Part shown: piece by piece, positions 47,109 to 56,060 of the stretch
Layout: every line of letters begins with the position of its first letter
Numbering within the stretch: position 1 is the first letter of the stretch
DNA from: a candidate division WOR-1 bacterium RIFOXYB2_FULL_37_13
Lineage (GTDB): Bacteria > Margulisbacteria > WOR-1 > XYC2-FULL-46-14 > XYC2-FULL-37-10
Reading direction: 5' to 3'
Assembly: GCA_001771535.1 (NCBI GenBank)
Contig: MEUB01000036.1
Location: 842-64,841, forward strand
Length of the DNA stretch: 64,000 nucleotides
The notes under the pieces: generated by a model
The model's input: only the letters and a program-made list of their open reading frames with translations
What the model was told of the DNA's origin: nothing
Database searches by the model: none
Program-made: the position numbers and the translations under genes

Positions 47109-49388
47109 TTACTTGTTTTTCTTTTTCTGGCCGCCCTTACGTTCTTCCATCCGTTTTCGCTGCACTTTAGAACTTGACTCCTTATTTCCCATTTTTTGTA
47201 ATTCTTCTCTTCGTTTTTGGGCTTTGGCCGCGGATTGAGCAATTCCGGCCCTGATCTCGGCATCCTTTTTTTGTTCTTGACCTTTATCAATGGCTTCCTG
47301 ATATCTCAACTCCATTTTTCTCTCATGGTAGGCTGCCATATCTTTTTTATAATCCAGGCGGTCTCTCCTATTGCGGACATTGTTAGCAATTGTTCTGCCG
47401 ACATCCTTGTCACCAAATCTTAAAAGCCCCATAACATCGTAAACCGCCCAGTTATTCATATTAACAGCTTCATTGCCATTTTCATCATAAGCAATTCCTG
47501 ACCTATTTCCTGAAAGATTTATTCCCATAAGCTGTGAAGGAAAATATTTTGGATGAGGCCCTCCGGAATCACTGGCTATTTTATTGTTGTTTGGGCCATC
47601 TTTAATCGTTGACGATGTTTCACTATCAGGATTCCAGATACTGCCTTTAGCGCTGTAAAAATCCCACCCCGCACGTTTTCCCAGTTCGTTGTCATCATTT
47701 TTCGTTCTTATGTAAGGCTGAGAATCATAAACACTACCATAACTATCGGTATTAGGGTTTGGATTGTCTATTCCAAAATATTCATACATCAGATTTTGAA
47801 CGTCACCTTGATATTCATCTATTCCGTAATAATCGTCATCATCTACTCCTTGATAATTTTCATCTTTCGCAAGCGACCCAAGATAATTTTTATATGTTTG
47901 CGTATTATTATATAGCCAGTCGTTAAATCTTATAAACGCCAGCTGATCTTTACCCGAAAAGAGCCATCCCGGAAGTCCTCCGCTTTTATCGGTCGGCTTA
48001 AAAAGAAATTCCGAGGGATTAAATCCATACGCGGGAAAAACTGATCTGAAAGAATGCTGCATAGAAATAAAAAGGTTAAGAAAAGCAAGATTATGCGAAT
48101 CTGCCATAAGCCCTCGCATAGGATCAGAACGCCATTTATCAAAAGAGCCGCGCAACGCGGCATCATCTGGAGTTGCTGTTACTGTTACCGTCCCATCGCT
48201 ATTGGTAACATATGTCAAACGGCCTATATCGCTATTGCTCCCAAAGATCTCTGTCATGGCGCTATAAATTCTACGGCGTGATTCGAGCATTCCAAGCATC
48301 AGCTTAAATGCCCCTTCCCCATGATCTCCAGCTTGCAGGTCATAATCAAATAGGCCGCTATTAAAAGAATCGCGTCCTGTGGTAAATGTTTCGCCATCTC
48401 CGCTTTTCCAGTTATTATTGTTATTCCAGTCACTGTCTCCCTTCCATCTTATGTTTTCCCCATCGGTAACCCCATCGCTCCCTGCCTCAATTTTTGCCCC
48501 TTTTTTAAATCCCGACATTATAATTTCATAGTAACTTTCGTCTCCATAATCTTCAAGATTTTTTAAAATACCGTCAGATAATGCTTTAATCGGAGTTCCT
48601 TTTTTTTCTTTATCTTCTTTATTGTAAAAATTGAGCCCTTCATCCCAAATATCAGAATAGGTTTCTGGATTAAAAATTCCCAGTGATAATGGGTTTAAAA
48701 AATGAAATAAATTATCGTAATTTATAGGGCCATTAAGAGATGAGCCCTGATACGTCTCAATAAGATCATGAGCTTTTTTTTCAATTCCATAATGTTTCTT
48801 GTCATTTTGATTAACATCGAAGTGGTTGAATTGGGATACTGACGGATGAAAATCTAGGTTTTCCGCCCTACTCCCTTCAAAAAATCCCCAAGGCAACCCA
48901 TCCCCCTGAGTTCTTGGAACTCTATGCCATGAGCCAAAGTTATCTCTTGTATATCCACGCCCTGCATCGCTATCCCAGACATCGTTAAAACGGGTATGCA
49001 CAGGATTTCCATCTTCATCCAACAGATAATACGGATTTTTATCGTCAGTCCCGTTCCATTGCGGAATATCCTCAGGATCTCCTTCCCATAAAGTCGGAAG
49101 TGGATCGTTGCCCTCCCAAAATGAAGAGCCTTCCGCATATCCGAATTCCGTCAAAGCATCGTAAAACTCTTCTGATGATTCTCCCGCGTAACCTACCTGT
49201 TCAAATCTTGGCAGAAATTTCATCATCTCCATAAGAAAATTAACGCGGCTGCCCAGCCATTGGAAAGAAGAGGGAGTTTCAACCCCATCATGGAGATAAA
49301 ATCTGGAATAATCAGGATTGTCTACTTTCAACGGCTTACGAGGTTTTGGCAGTGTCTCACTATTTCCAAAGGAGTTCATAAAAAACAT
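47109..49388 (-). CDS. hypothetical large protein (759 aa), D/N/G/W/Y-rich with a K/R/E/Q-rich C-terminal tail
   Basis: ORF only; no signal peptide obvious. Confidence 0.5.
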   Translation of the reverse strand: MFFMNSFGNSETLPKPRKPLKVDNPDYSRFYLHDGVETPSSFQWLGSRVNFLMEMMKFLPRFEQVGYAGESSEEFYDALTEFGYAEGSSFWEGNDPLPTLWEGDPEDIPQWNGTDDKNPYYLLDEDGNPVHTRFNDVWDSDAGRGYTRDNFGSWHRVPRTQGDGLPWGFFEGSRAENLDFHPSVSQFNHFDVNQNDKKHYGIEKKAHDLIETYQGSSLNGPINYDNLFHFLNPLSLGIFNPETYSDIWDEGLNFYNKEDKEKKGTPIKALSDGILKNLEDYGDESYYEIIMSGFKKGAKIEAGSDGVTDGENIRWKGDSDWNNNNNWKSGDGETFTTGRDSFNSGLFDYDLQAGDHGEGAFKLMLGMLESRRRIYSAMTEIFGSNSDIGRLTYVTNSDGTVTVTATPDDAALRGSFDKWRSDPMRGLMADSHNLAFLNLFISMQHSFRSVFPAYGFNPSEFLFKPTDKSGGLPGWLFSGKDQLAFIRFNDWLYNNTQTYKNYLGSLAKDENYQGVDDDDYYGIDEYQGDVQNLMYEYFGIDNPNPNTDSYGSVYDSQPYIRTKNDDNELGKRAGWDFYSAKGSIWNPDSETSSTIKDGPNNNKIASDSGGPHPKYFPSQLMGINLSGNRSGIAYDENGNEAVNMNNWAVYDVMGLLRFGDKDVGRTIANNVRNRRDRLDYKKDMAAYHERKMELRYQEAIDKGQEQKKDAEIRAGIAQSAAKAQKRREELQKMGNKESSSKVQRKRMEERKGGQKKKNK

Positions 49389-49411
49389 AATCTGCCTTCC
49401 TCCTGATTTTT

Positions 49412-49735
49412 CTACATTGAACTTAAGCGATCTTCAAGTTTGCGCACATTATTCCAAATATCCAAAATCGCGGATTGCGCCTGATCTATTTTTGCCATGC
49501 GATCTTCAAGCAGCAATGATGTTGAAGAAGAATTTACATTTGCTCCGTTTACATAATTATTTCCTATTTTCAAAGTTTTAGTAGGATCCGGATTCACTGA
49601 TAATTCCGCGTAATTTTTTATAAGATCAGCCATTTCAGTATAAAAACTTTTAACAGTTTTTATAACGTCCACATCAGGTGAATGATTGATCTCCCCTCCC
49701 AACGGTGAAAAAAATTTAACATTAAAAAATGCCAT
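49412..49735 (-). CDS. hypothetical small helical protein (107 aa)
   Basis: ORF only. Confidence 0.4.
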   Translation of the reverse strand: MAFFNVKFFSPLGGEINHSPDVDVIKTVKSFYTEMADLIKNYAELSVNPDPTKTLKIGNNYVNGANVNSSSTSLLLEDRMAKIDQAQSAILDIWNNVRKLEDRLSSM

Positions 49736-49760
49736 TTTTTTATTCCTCCTTTTATATCCT

Positions 49761-49817
49761 CTTCTAAAAAATCAATTATCTGTTTTTTTAGAAGAGCCCC
49801 CCGGCAAGCCGGGGGGC
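49761..49817 (-). other. tandem stem-loops between two small genes of the locus: an AT-rich hairpin (CTTCTAAAAAA/TTTTTTAGAAG) then a perfect GC hairpin (GCCCCCCG-GCAAGC-CGGGGGGC)
   Basis: inverted repeats read directly; the GC stem is exceptional in this AT-rich sequence; no U-tract follows on either strand. Confidence 0.5.
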
Positions 49818-49836
49818 TAGAAAAAAGTTTATAATA

Positions 49837-50145
49837 TTAGCTTCTAACAATTTGACGGGTCCTTTCCGCCATTTGATTCTTCTTGGATACAGCGCTTGCA
49901 GCTGTCTGCTCAATTGTCGATAGTTTACTAAGATAACTATCTAAAACAAGAGCCCCTCCACCACTTGATACGTCTATGTCTGTCCCTCCAACATTCACAT
50001 TTATTGTTGTGTCTTCAATCGTATCATTCTCCCCATCAACTGCAATAGCACTTTTGATATCTTCCATCAGTTGATCTATGCTATTATCACAAGAACTTGC
50101 CACATCATAAGCATTCTGTTCAATCGTATTAGGAGTATCTGCCAT
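49837..50145 (-). CDS. hypothetical small acidic protein (102 aa)
   Basis: ORF only. Confidence 0.4.
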   Translation of the reverse strand: MADTPNTIEQNAYDVASSCDNSIDQLMEDIKSAIAVDGENDTIEDTTINVNVGGTDIDVSSGGGALVLDSYLSKLSTIEQTAASAVSKKNQMAERTRQIVRS

Positions 50146-50186
50146 ATATTCTCACCTCCTTTTACACACATATAGTCTTAAACCGT

Positions 50187-50444
50187 CTACACCAATGTAT
50201 TAACATTAAAGCCCCGCATACCAAGTTTATCTGCTATCGCGTGAAATCTGTTAACTGAGATATGTCCTTCCTGTACAAGGTTTTGCATAATTTCAAACTT
50301 ACCAGCCTTGCTGGTAGAAGAATCTTTGGCCAGATAGGAGGAAAGATCGGAAGTCACGCTTGAATTGGAATAAGTAGACCCGCCGGATTCTTCCATATCC
50401 ATCTGCGGCATAGTTACTGTTGAATTTGAAGCTGGGTTTATCAT
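50187..50444 (-). CDS. small protein with a FlgM-like (anti-sigma-28-like) C-terminal helix; identification is tentative
   Basis: C-terminus KFEIMQNLVQEGHISVNRFHAIADKL resembles the FlgM C-terminal consensus (..I..L...I..G.Y.V....IA.K.) as recalled from Bacillus FlgM; disordered S/T-rich N-terminus, as in FlgM. Confidence 0.35.
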   Translation of the reverse strand: MINPASNSTVTMPQMDMEESGGSTYSNSSVTSDLSSYLAKDSSTSKAGKFEIMQNLVQEGHISVNRFHAIADKLGMRGFNVNTLV

Positions 50445-50491
50445 TGCATTACATATATCGTAGCGGGGTAAAAAAAACTTGCATGAAAAAA

Positions 50492-50785
50492 TTATTTGTA
50501 GGATTTATCATTTAAAATATTTTTTATTTTTGAAAGGCGCTTAAAAATATTTTTAAGACACTCTTCTTCTTCGTCTATTTTCGGCTCTTTTTCCCAATCA
50601 GCCTTTAATCTAGCCTTGCTCATGTCTGACGCGTAAATTTCGTTGCCGCGAACAACTTTATCGGCGCGCAAAATAAATCCGCGCAGACTTTGCAGAAAAT
50701 TTTGTCCGTTTATTTCCTGCGGCTGGCTTTGTTTTGTTTTTATATCATTTAAATTAAGTGCTGCGTTTATTTTATTTACTTCCAT
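50492..50785 (-). CDS. hypothetical small protein (97 aa)
   Basis: ORF only; 1-bp overlap with the giant upstream gene. Confidence 0.4.
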   Translation of the reverse strand: MEVNKINAALNLNDIKTKQSQPQEINGQNFLQSLRGFILRADKVVRGNEIYASDMSKARLKADWEKEPKIDEEEECLKNIFKRLSKIKNILNDKSYK

Positions 50786-53700
50786 TATACTAGCCCTCCT
50801 CCGATTGTAGGCCTGTTTTTCTGCTCTAAAGATGAAAGAGCCGCCATTTCTCCTGTTTGCGCTAAATAGAGCTCATAAGGATTCTGCCTTCTTCTGTTGT
50901 TGTCCTGGCCTTTAGATGGAGATGGCGCTGAGTTTACAGATATCCCAGCATCTTGTGAGCCGCTTAAATCAACAGGGATTACTATTTTGTCTTTGTCATC
51001 ATCCCTCGCAACTTTAAGATGAATATCCCTTTGTTTGACAGAGTCCTTGATATAATCAGCCGAGCTTTTGGAGGTATCCCAAATATTGTTTAATATATCA
51101 TCATTTTGTTGAGAGGTAATCTCGCGAGCCTCCATTTCAAGATCAATAGCGCCGGATGTGAGCGCGCTTGCGAGAGAATTGCTTTCTGACTTATTAACTC
51201 CCGCGGCCCATCCCTTTTGGTTTGAGCCTGAAGTTTCTGATCTGATTTCAGATAAATAGGCCTCTCTTCTTTCTATCCTCTCTTCTCTTGCCTCTTTAAC
51301 ACTCTTGCGCTTTCCACCGCTTGCGAACCCTGAATCATAAATAATACCAGCCAGTAAAACCGCTATATTCTCCGTTAACCCTCCTATAAACTGGTATAGT
51401 CCTAAGTCCTCGTACTGCTTAATATGTTCATTATACGCAAACATTTTTTTATCATTTTCGGACTTAATGTTTTCTATATCAGCATTAATTTTTCTATACT
51501 CATTAGCAAGTTTTTTATATGAAGACTCATCCCCTCTCGAATAAGCCTCATCCGCGAATTTCCTTTTTTCTTCCGCCAAAATTTTCTTGTCTCGCGCGAC
51601 TTTTTCAGCTGTTTTCATGTTTTCTATATTCTCCCGATAGTCCTCTCTAAGCGCCGCTGTTTTATATACAAAAACCAGATTAACCAAAGAGATTGACGCG
51701 GCAATCAAGCTCTGTACCATTGCCCGCTTTGCAAAATTCATCTGGTTATGGCGCTCAACAATTGTCAAGACATTCTGATAAAGGGTACCTATATTTGCCA
51801 TAGCAGAAGCCTGTTCCGATGAAAAAGCGTCTGTCGCGTTTCCAACTCGCCCTCCCGCACCAGATAAAGTAGCGTGAATTGAGGCTCTCATTTCTGCCTT
51901 TGCTTCCTGCAATTTTGCCAACACGTCACGAATATTAAAAATCCTCTCCATTTTATGACGAAATAATTCTACTACTCCGCTATTTACACCCCATCTGCCC
52001 GCCCCCAAATCTTCTATAATATCCATTGACATATCTTTGTATAATTCCATTTCCATCAATTCAAGATCATCAAGTGTCGAATCTCCAGAATGTTCTTCTT
52101 TTAATCTTTCGGCAATTTTTTCAGGGTCGTATTTTTCTATTTCACGCCCTCGCCTGCTGCGGATTGAATTGATGATAAAATCATAACCGGCATTAGCAAT
52201 CCCCATCATAGGAGAAATAAAGGCAAAAGCTATTTGCGAGTAATTTATCCCAACACCGGCGCAAGCGGTAAGAATCGCAATATCAATTCCCAGTTTAAAT
52301 GAAGCATCAATTATATTTTTTCTTGAATCTAAGGCTCTCTTTTGAGTTTCAATTCTTTCTCCCAAGAACTGCACTAAATTATCAAAAACTTTCAGCTTCC
52401 CTTCAAATTCAGCTCTGTTAACATCGTGAGAAAGCTTCCCTTCTCTTCTTCCGGAAACGCCTGTCATTTCGAGATGGACAAGATTTCTCATTTCTGTTCT
52501 TGCTTCATTTAGAGTCGCCAAAATATTTTGGATGTTGGCAAGGCGGGTTAAAATATCTCTAAGCTTGGCAACATATCCTCCATTTAAACCCCAATATCCG
52601 TCACCAATATCTTTATTTATCCCGTTGGTAAATAACTCTTCATAAACTCGCGCTTCAAGGCTTGCCATACGGGCTTGCGTTGAATTCGGGTTATTTTTTC
52701 TAAGGGTTCTTAGATAGGCGGGAACGCCATCATCCCCATAACTTGAGCCAAAAGAGCCCATCGTCAATTCATATAACAGACTGGAAGTAAATCCGCCTAA
52801 AGCGCCACCGACCCCCCAGCCTATATAAAAAAGTCTTGTTGAAAGACTTGCCGTAGCTTCTGTAGCAGCCCTTGTCCCAGCTTCCAAACCTTCTTCAGCA
52901 AGTTTGCCGCCTTTATCTAAAAGTTTCCCTAATAACCCTCCAAAGGCAGCGCAGACCCCTTGAATAACAAGCGAAAGAGCAAAACTGTTTACGGCGCCTG
53001 CCATTTTTTTATCTTTTGCAATCGCCATATTTTCGGCGTTTTTATATTCATTTAACATAAAAGTCAAAGTATCAAATTTAAACTGAGCTAAGCGCGCATC
53101 AGATTCAACCGCGGCATCAACATAGGCAGAAGATTCCCTACCTCCAACTCCTGTCATTTCCATATGAACCAGATTTCGCATGGAATTTTTTTCTTTACTT
53201 AAGGCAACAATAACTCTTCTTATATTTTGAATTTTTACCAATTGGGTTTGCAGTCTTGCTATCTCCTCAAAGTCTATTTTCTTGAATTCTTCGGATGCCC
53301 TATCTGTAAACCAGTTGCCGGGGTTTGCATTAGACTGTGTCCACCACGATCTAACCCTGCCTTCATCGCTATCCTCATCCTGAATCATACTCTCATCATT
53401 TTGAACAATAATGCCATCTTCCATATTGGAAGTACTATTCATAATATCAAGCATGTCGTTTCCTGTATCTGTATCAGCTTGATCTCCCGTATCGTATGAA
53501 GGAATATCCGGCACATATCCCTCTGTCATAGAATTTGCGACAATTGCGCCTGCCAGTTTTACTCCCGCAGCCAATACGCCAAGTATCAAGCCCGCAACAG
53601 GAACAAAAAATCCGACTACTATCGCAGCTACAGAAAGAAAATTCGAAATAACATTAAAAACCCGCTGTACTTTGGCTTTTTCTATTTCTCCTTCCAGATA

Positions 53701-55356
53701 TTTGACATTGTTTTCAAGCTGCATCTTTTGCTGAGTAAGCCTGATATTTGTCTCAAAAAGTTGAGTTTTATGCTGGTCTTCCATTTCTTGAAGTCTTTGC
53801 GCGTTACTGTTGCTCTCTCTGCCTCCGACCCCTGTCATCTCTTTGTGAACCATGTTGCGCGTTTCCTGTTTCGCGCCTCTTAACATGTTTAACGCTTTTC
53901 TTATATTTTGCAAACCATAAAATTGTTTGCGTATTTTAACAAGTTCATCTTCATCAAGTTCCCAATAACCATTATCCCCTTTATAGACAATATTCGGGAT
54001 ATCAGCAAAGATAGCCATTTCTCCATTTTGCAACGCCTCATCAATTTTTGCGGGGTCACTTTCTATCTGCAAAGAGCCATCTTCCTCTTTATCAGTCGTT
54101 TTATTTAACAAGTCAAGAACTGTACTCATCGCTCTTAAATATTTTTCAACAGCTCTTTTTTGCATTTCAAGACTCATTTCCGTGTTGCTGCCGCCGGTTA
54201 TGGCATCTGTTGCCTGATTCCAGAGGCCATCCGTTGTTGCCTGCGCCGCGGCGACCTCCGCATCAACAATGGCCTGGTTATAATCCATCATCTCTTCAAG
54301 AAGTTTGCCAAACGCCACGCTGACTCTTGCCAGCCTGTTTTGTACTTCTTTGGCAATAATTGTTTTGGTATCCATTCCTTTCATGGGAGTAAGGCCAAGC
54401 AGCTCTTCCACCACAAGATTATACATATCATCTTTCGCTTCCGTCAGCATTTGGAACATAATAAGCAGCCCGCAAAGAAAGCTGACTTTTTCATACCAAT
54501 CAGCCAAACGATCCGTATCAACAACCATCATTCCATCATCGTTGTAATAATAAAAATCATCAGGATCATAATTATTTACCGCGTTATCCAGCTCGTTGCT
54601 GACAGCAACCACAGTCTCCGCTGTTGAACTATTTTCATCTAAGGCCGCAAGATACGAATATTCATAAACATAAGAGGTATCCCCATTTTCATATTGTTGC
54701 TGATGCAGCCATTGGTCAAAATTATATTGGGCGGAATGCTGAGTATTGGCATCCCATGATTCTTCAAATGTTTCGATCTCTTTGCCGTCCTGATAAACCA
54801 GTATTGCATCTTCTTCTCTAGTTGAGGCAGAGGTATCTTTTCTATAGTGGGAATTTACAACCATATAACCGTCATATTTTTTTGATTCTTCTTCCAGATA
54901 AGCCTGCGCCGCTTCTTCACTGTCAAACGTAACTGTAGTTCCATCAGGGTTTGTAATTGTTACCGTAGTCTCTCCTGTAGTATCCACATAAGTAGTCATA
55001 TCATATTCAGCTGAAACATCGGTACTGGCAGATTGGCTCTCAGTTGTAGAAGTTGACGAAGTTGTTGATGTCGTTGATGCAGTTGAAGCAGTCTCCGCAG
55101 ACTGAGAAGATGAAATATAATTAGGGTTATCTTCCGCAAGATTTAAAACTGGCTCACCAAAAACAACCTGACTTTGCGCACTGTTCAAGCTTGAACGAAT
55201 TGAAGAAACATCAACAGATATAGAAGAATCAACTTCAGGCACTTCTATCTTTTCATCAAGAAGGTATGGAGGAGTTACACCCGCGCCACCAATTTGGTCA
55301 GATTCAAGCTGGTCAGAAAACTTTTGTACTTCAACAATTTGATAGAGGTTTCCCAT
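50785..55356 (-). CDS. giant repeat-containing membrane protein (1523 aa) of unknown function
   Basis: four internal repeats, each with the motif NIR..L..L.EAK.EMRNLVH.EMTGVGGR followed ~60-80 aa later by a ~40-aa Gly/Ala-rich hydrophobic hairpin; acidic S/T-rich N-terminus. Confidence 0.6.
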   Translation of the reverse strand: MGNLYQIVEVQKFSDQLESDQIGGAGVTPPYLLDEKIEVPEVDSSISVDVSSIRSSLNSAQSQVVFGEPVLNLAEDNPNYISSSQSAETASTASTTSTTSSTSTTESQSASTDVSAEYDMTTYVDTTGETTVTITNPDGTTVTFDSEEAAQAYLEEESKKYDGYMVVNSHYRKDTSASTREEDAILVYQDGKEIETFEESWDANTQHSAQYNFDQWLHQQQYENGDTSYVYEYSYLAALDENSSTAETVVAVSNELDNAVNNYDPDDFYYYNDDGMMVVDTDRLADWYEKVSFLCGLLIMFQMLTEAKDDMYNLVVEELLGLTPMKGMDTKTIIAKEVQNRLARVSVAFGKLLEEMMDYNQAIVDAEVAAAQATTDGLWNQATDAITGGSNTEMSLEMQKRAVEKYLRAMSTVLDLLNKTTDKEEDGSLQIESDPAKIDEALQNGEMAIFADIPNIVYKGDNGYWELDEDELVKIRKQFYGLQNIRKALNMLRGAKQETRNMVHKEMTGVGGRESNSNAQRLQEMEDQHKTQLFETNIRLTQQKMQLENNVKYLEGEIEKAKVQRVFNVISNFLSVAAIVVGFFVPVAGLILGVLAAGVKLAGAIVANSMTEGYVPDIPSYDTGDQADTDTGNDMLDIMNSTSNMEDGIIVQNDESMIQDEDSDEGRVRSWWTQSNANPGNWFTDRASEEFKKIDFEEIARLQTQLVKIQNIRRVIVALSKEKNSMRNLVHMEMTGVGGRESSAYVDAAVESDARLAQFKFDTLTFMLNEYKNAENMAIAKDKKMAGAVNSFALSLVIQGVCAAFGGLLGKLLDKGGKLAEEGLEAGTRAATEATASLSTRLFYIGWGVGGALGGFTSSLLYELTMGSFGSSYGDDGVPAYLRTLRKNNPNSTQARMASLEARVYEELFTNGINKDIGDGYWGLNGGYVAKLRDILTRLANIQNILATLNEARTEMRNLVHLEMTGVSGRREGKLSHDVNRAEFEGKLKVFDNLVQFLGERIETQKRALDSRKNIIDASFKLGIDIAILTACAGVGINYSQIAFAFISPMMGIANAGYDFIINSIRSRRGREIEKYDPEKIAERLKEEHSGDSTLDDLELMEMELYKDMSMDIIEDLGAGRWGVNSGVVELFRHKMERIFNIRDVLAKLQEAKAEMRASIHATLSGAGGRVGNATDAFSSEQASAMANIGTLYQNVLTIVERHNQMNFAKRAMVQSLIAASISLVNLVFVYKTAALREDYRENIENMKTAEKVARDKKILAEEKRKFADEAYSRGDESSYKKLANEYRKINADIENIKSENDKKMFAYNEHIKQYEDLGLYQFIGGLTENIAVLLAGIIYDSGFASGGKRKSVKEAREERIERREAYLSEIRSETSGSNQKGWAAGVNKSESNSLASALTSGAIDLEMEAREITSQQNDDILNNIWDTSKSSADYIKDSVKQRDIHLKVARDDDKDKIVIPVDLSGSQDAGISVNSAPSPSKGQDNNRRRQNPYELYLAQTGEMAALSSLEQKNRPTIGGGLV

Positions 55357-55439
55357 TGATCATTATATCGAAACAAAAAGGGGAAAACTTGTATGGTTTT
55401 TATTGATTTACAGGGGAAAACAAAACCTGTTTTAATTAG

Positions 55440-55658
55440 TTATTTTTGCAGGTTTTTCAACTGTTCCTGCAAGGTTTTTTTCGCATTTTCAAGCTCTTTG
55501 TTGACGGAGGCAATTTTATTGTCAAGTTTTTTGATATCTTCTTCGGCTTTTTTCTTTATGAGTGTATAGCGTATAATTTGAAAAGTATTATATATTATAA
55601 AGGCGACTCCCACCCCGACAAAAAATGTCACCCAATTTATAGTTGTTAAAAATTCCAT
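55440..55658 (-). CDS. small bitopic membrane protein with a coiled-coil tail (72 aa)
   Basis: N-terminal TM (WVTFFVGVGVAFIIY) then KKLDNKIASVNKELENAKK heptads. Confidence 0.45.
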   Translation of the reverse strand: MEFLTTINWVTFFVGVGVAFIIYNTFQIIRYTLIKKKAEEDIKKLDNKIASVNKELENAKKTLQEQLKNLQK

Positions 55659-55680
55659 TTTGTTCTCCTATTTTACTCCA

Positions 55681-56037
55681 TCACACATTACTGTCAACTA
55701 CGGGATTATCCGCCGTAGGATTGCCGGCCATAGGGATAGAAAGGTCGCCGGATTCTTTTTCTTCTCTTTCAACTTTAACACGTGATTCATGCGCGCCAAA
55801 TAAAAATTCCGCCACAAGATCAAGAAGGCTTTTAGTCGCGGTCGCATGCATTTTAAATTCCAAGGTATCTATTTCTGCTCCTTCAGGAGTATACCTGTTA
55901 GTCACAGAAGTTTGTAACGGCTCATCAACAAGTTTCCGTTTAGCAGCCTTAATTTCACCGGCAAGGTCAGGCTCATATTTAATTGCTTTACTATTTCCAC
56001 TCTTCGGATTCATTGATATCGGCGATGTATAAGCCAT
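55681..56037 (-). CDS. hypothetical protein (118 aa)
   Basis: ORF only. Confidence 0.4.
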   Translation of the reverse strand: MAYTSPISMNPKSGNSKAIKYEPDLAGEIKAAKRKLVDEPLQTSVTNRYTPEGAEIDTLEFKMHATATKSLLDLVAEFLFGAHESRVKVEREEKESGDLSIPMAGNPTADNPVVDSNV

Positions 56038-56060
56038 TTCCCTTCACGCTCCTTTTTTCC

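Noticed and set aside
49412-49735. FlaG/FliS-type flagellar protein call for the 107-aa ORF
   Set aside because: Only size and helicity fit. No motif I can defend, and no flagellar structural genes in the window.
53227-54821. Several 60-155-aa plus-strand ORFs inside the giant gene
   Set aside because: Low-complexity antisense frames within a continuous 4.6-kb minus-strand ORF.
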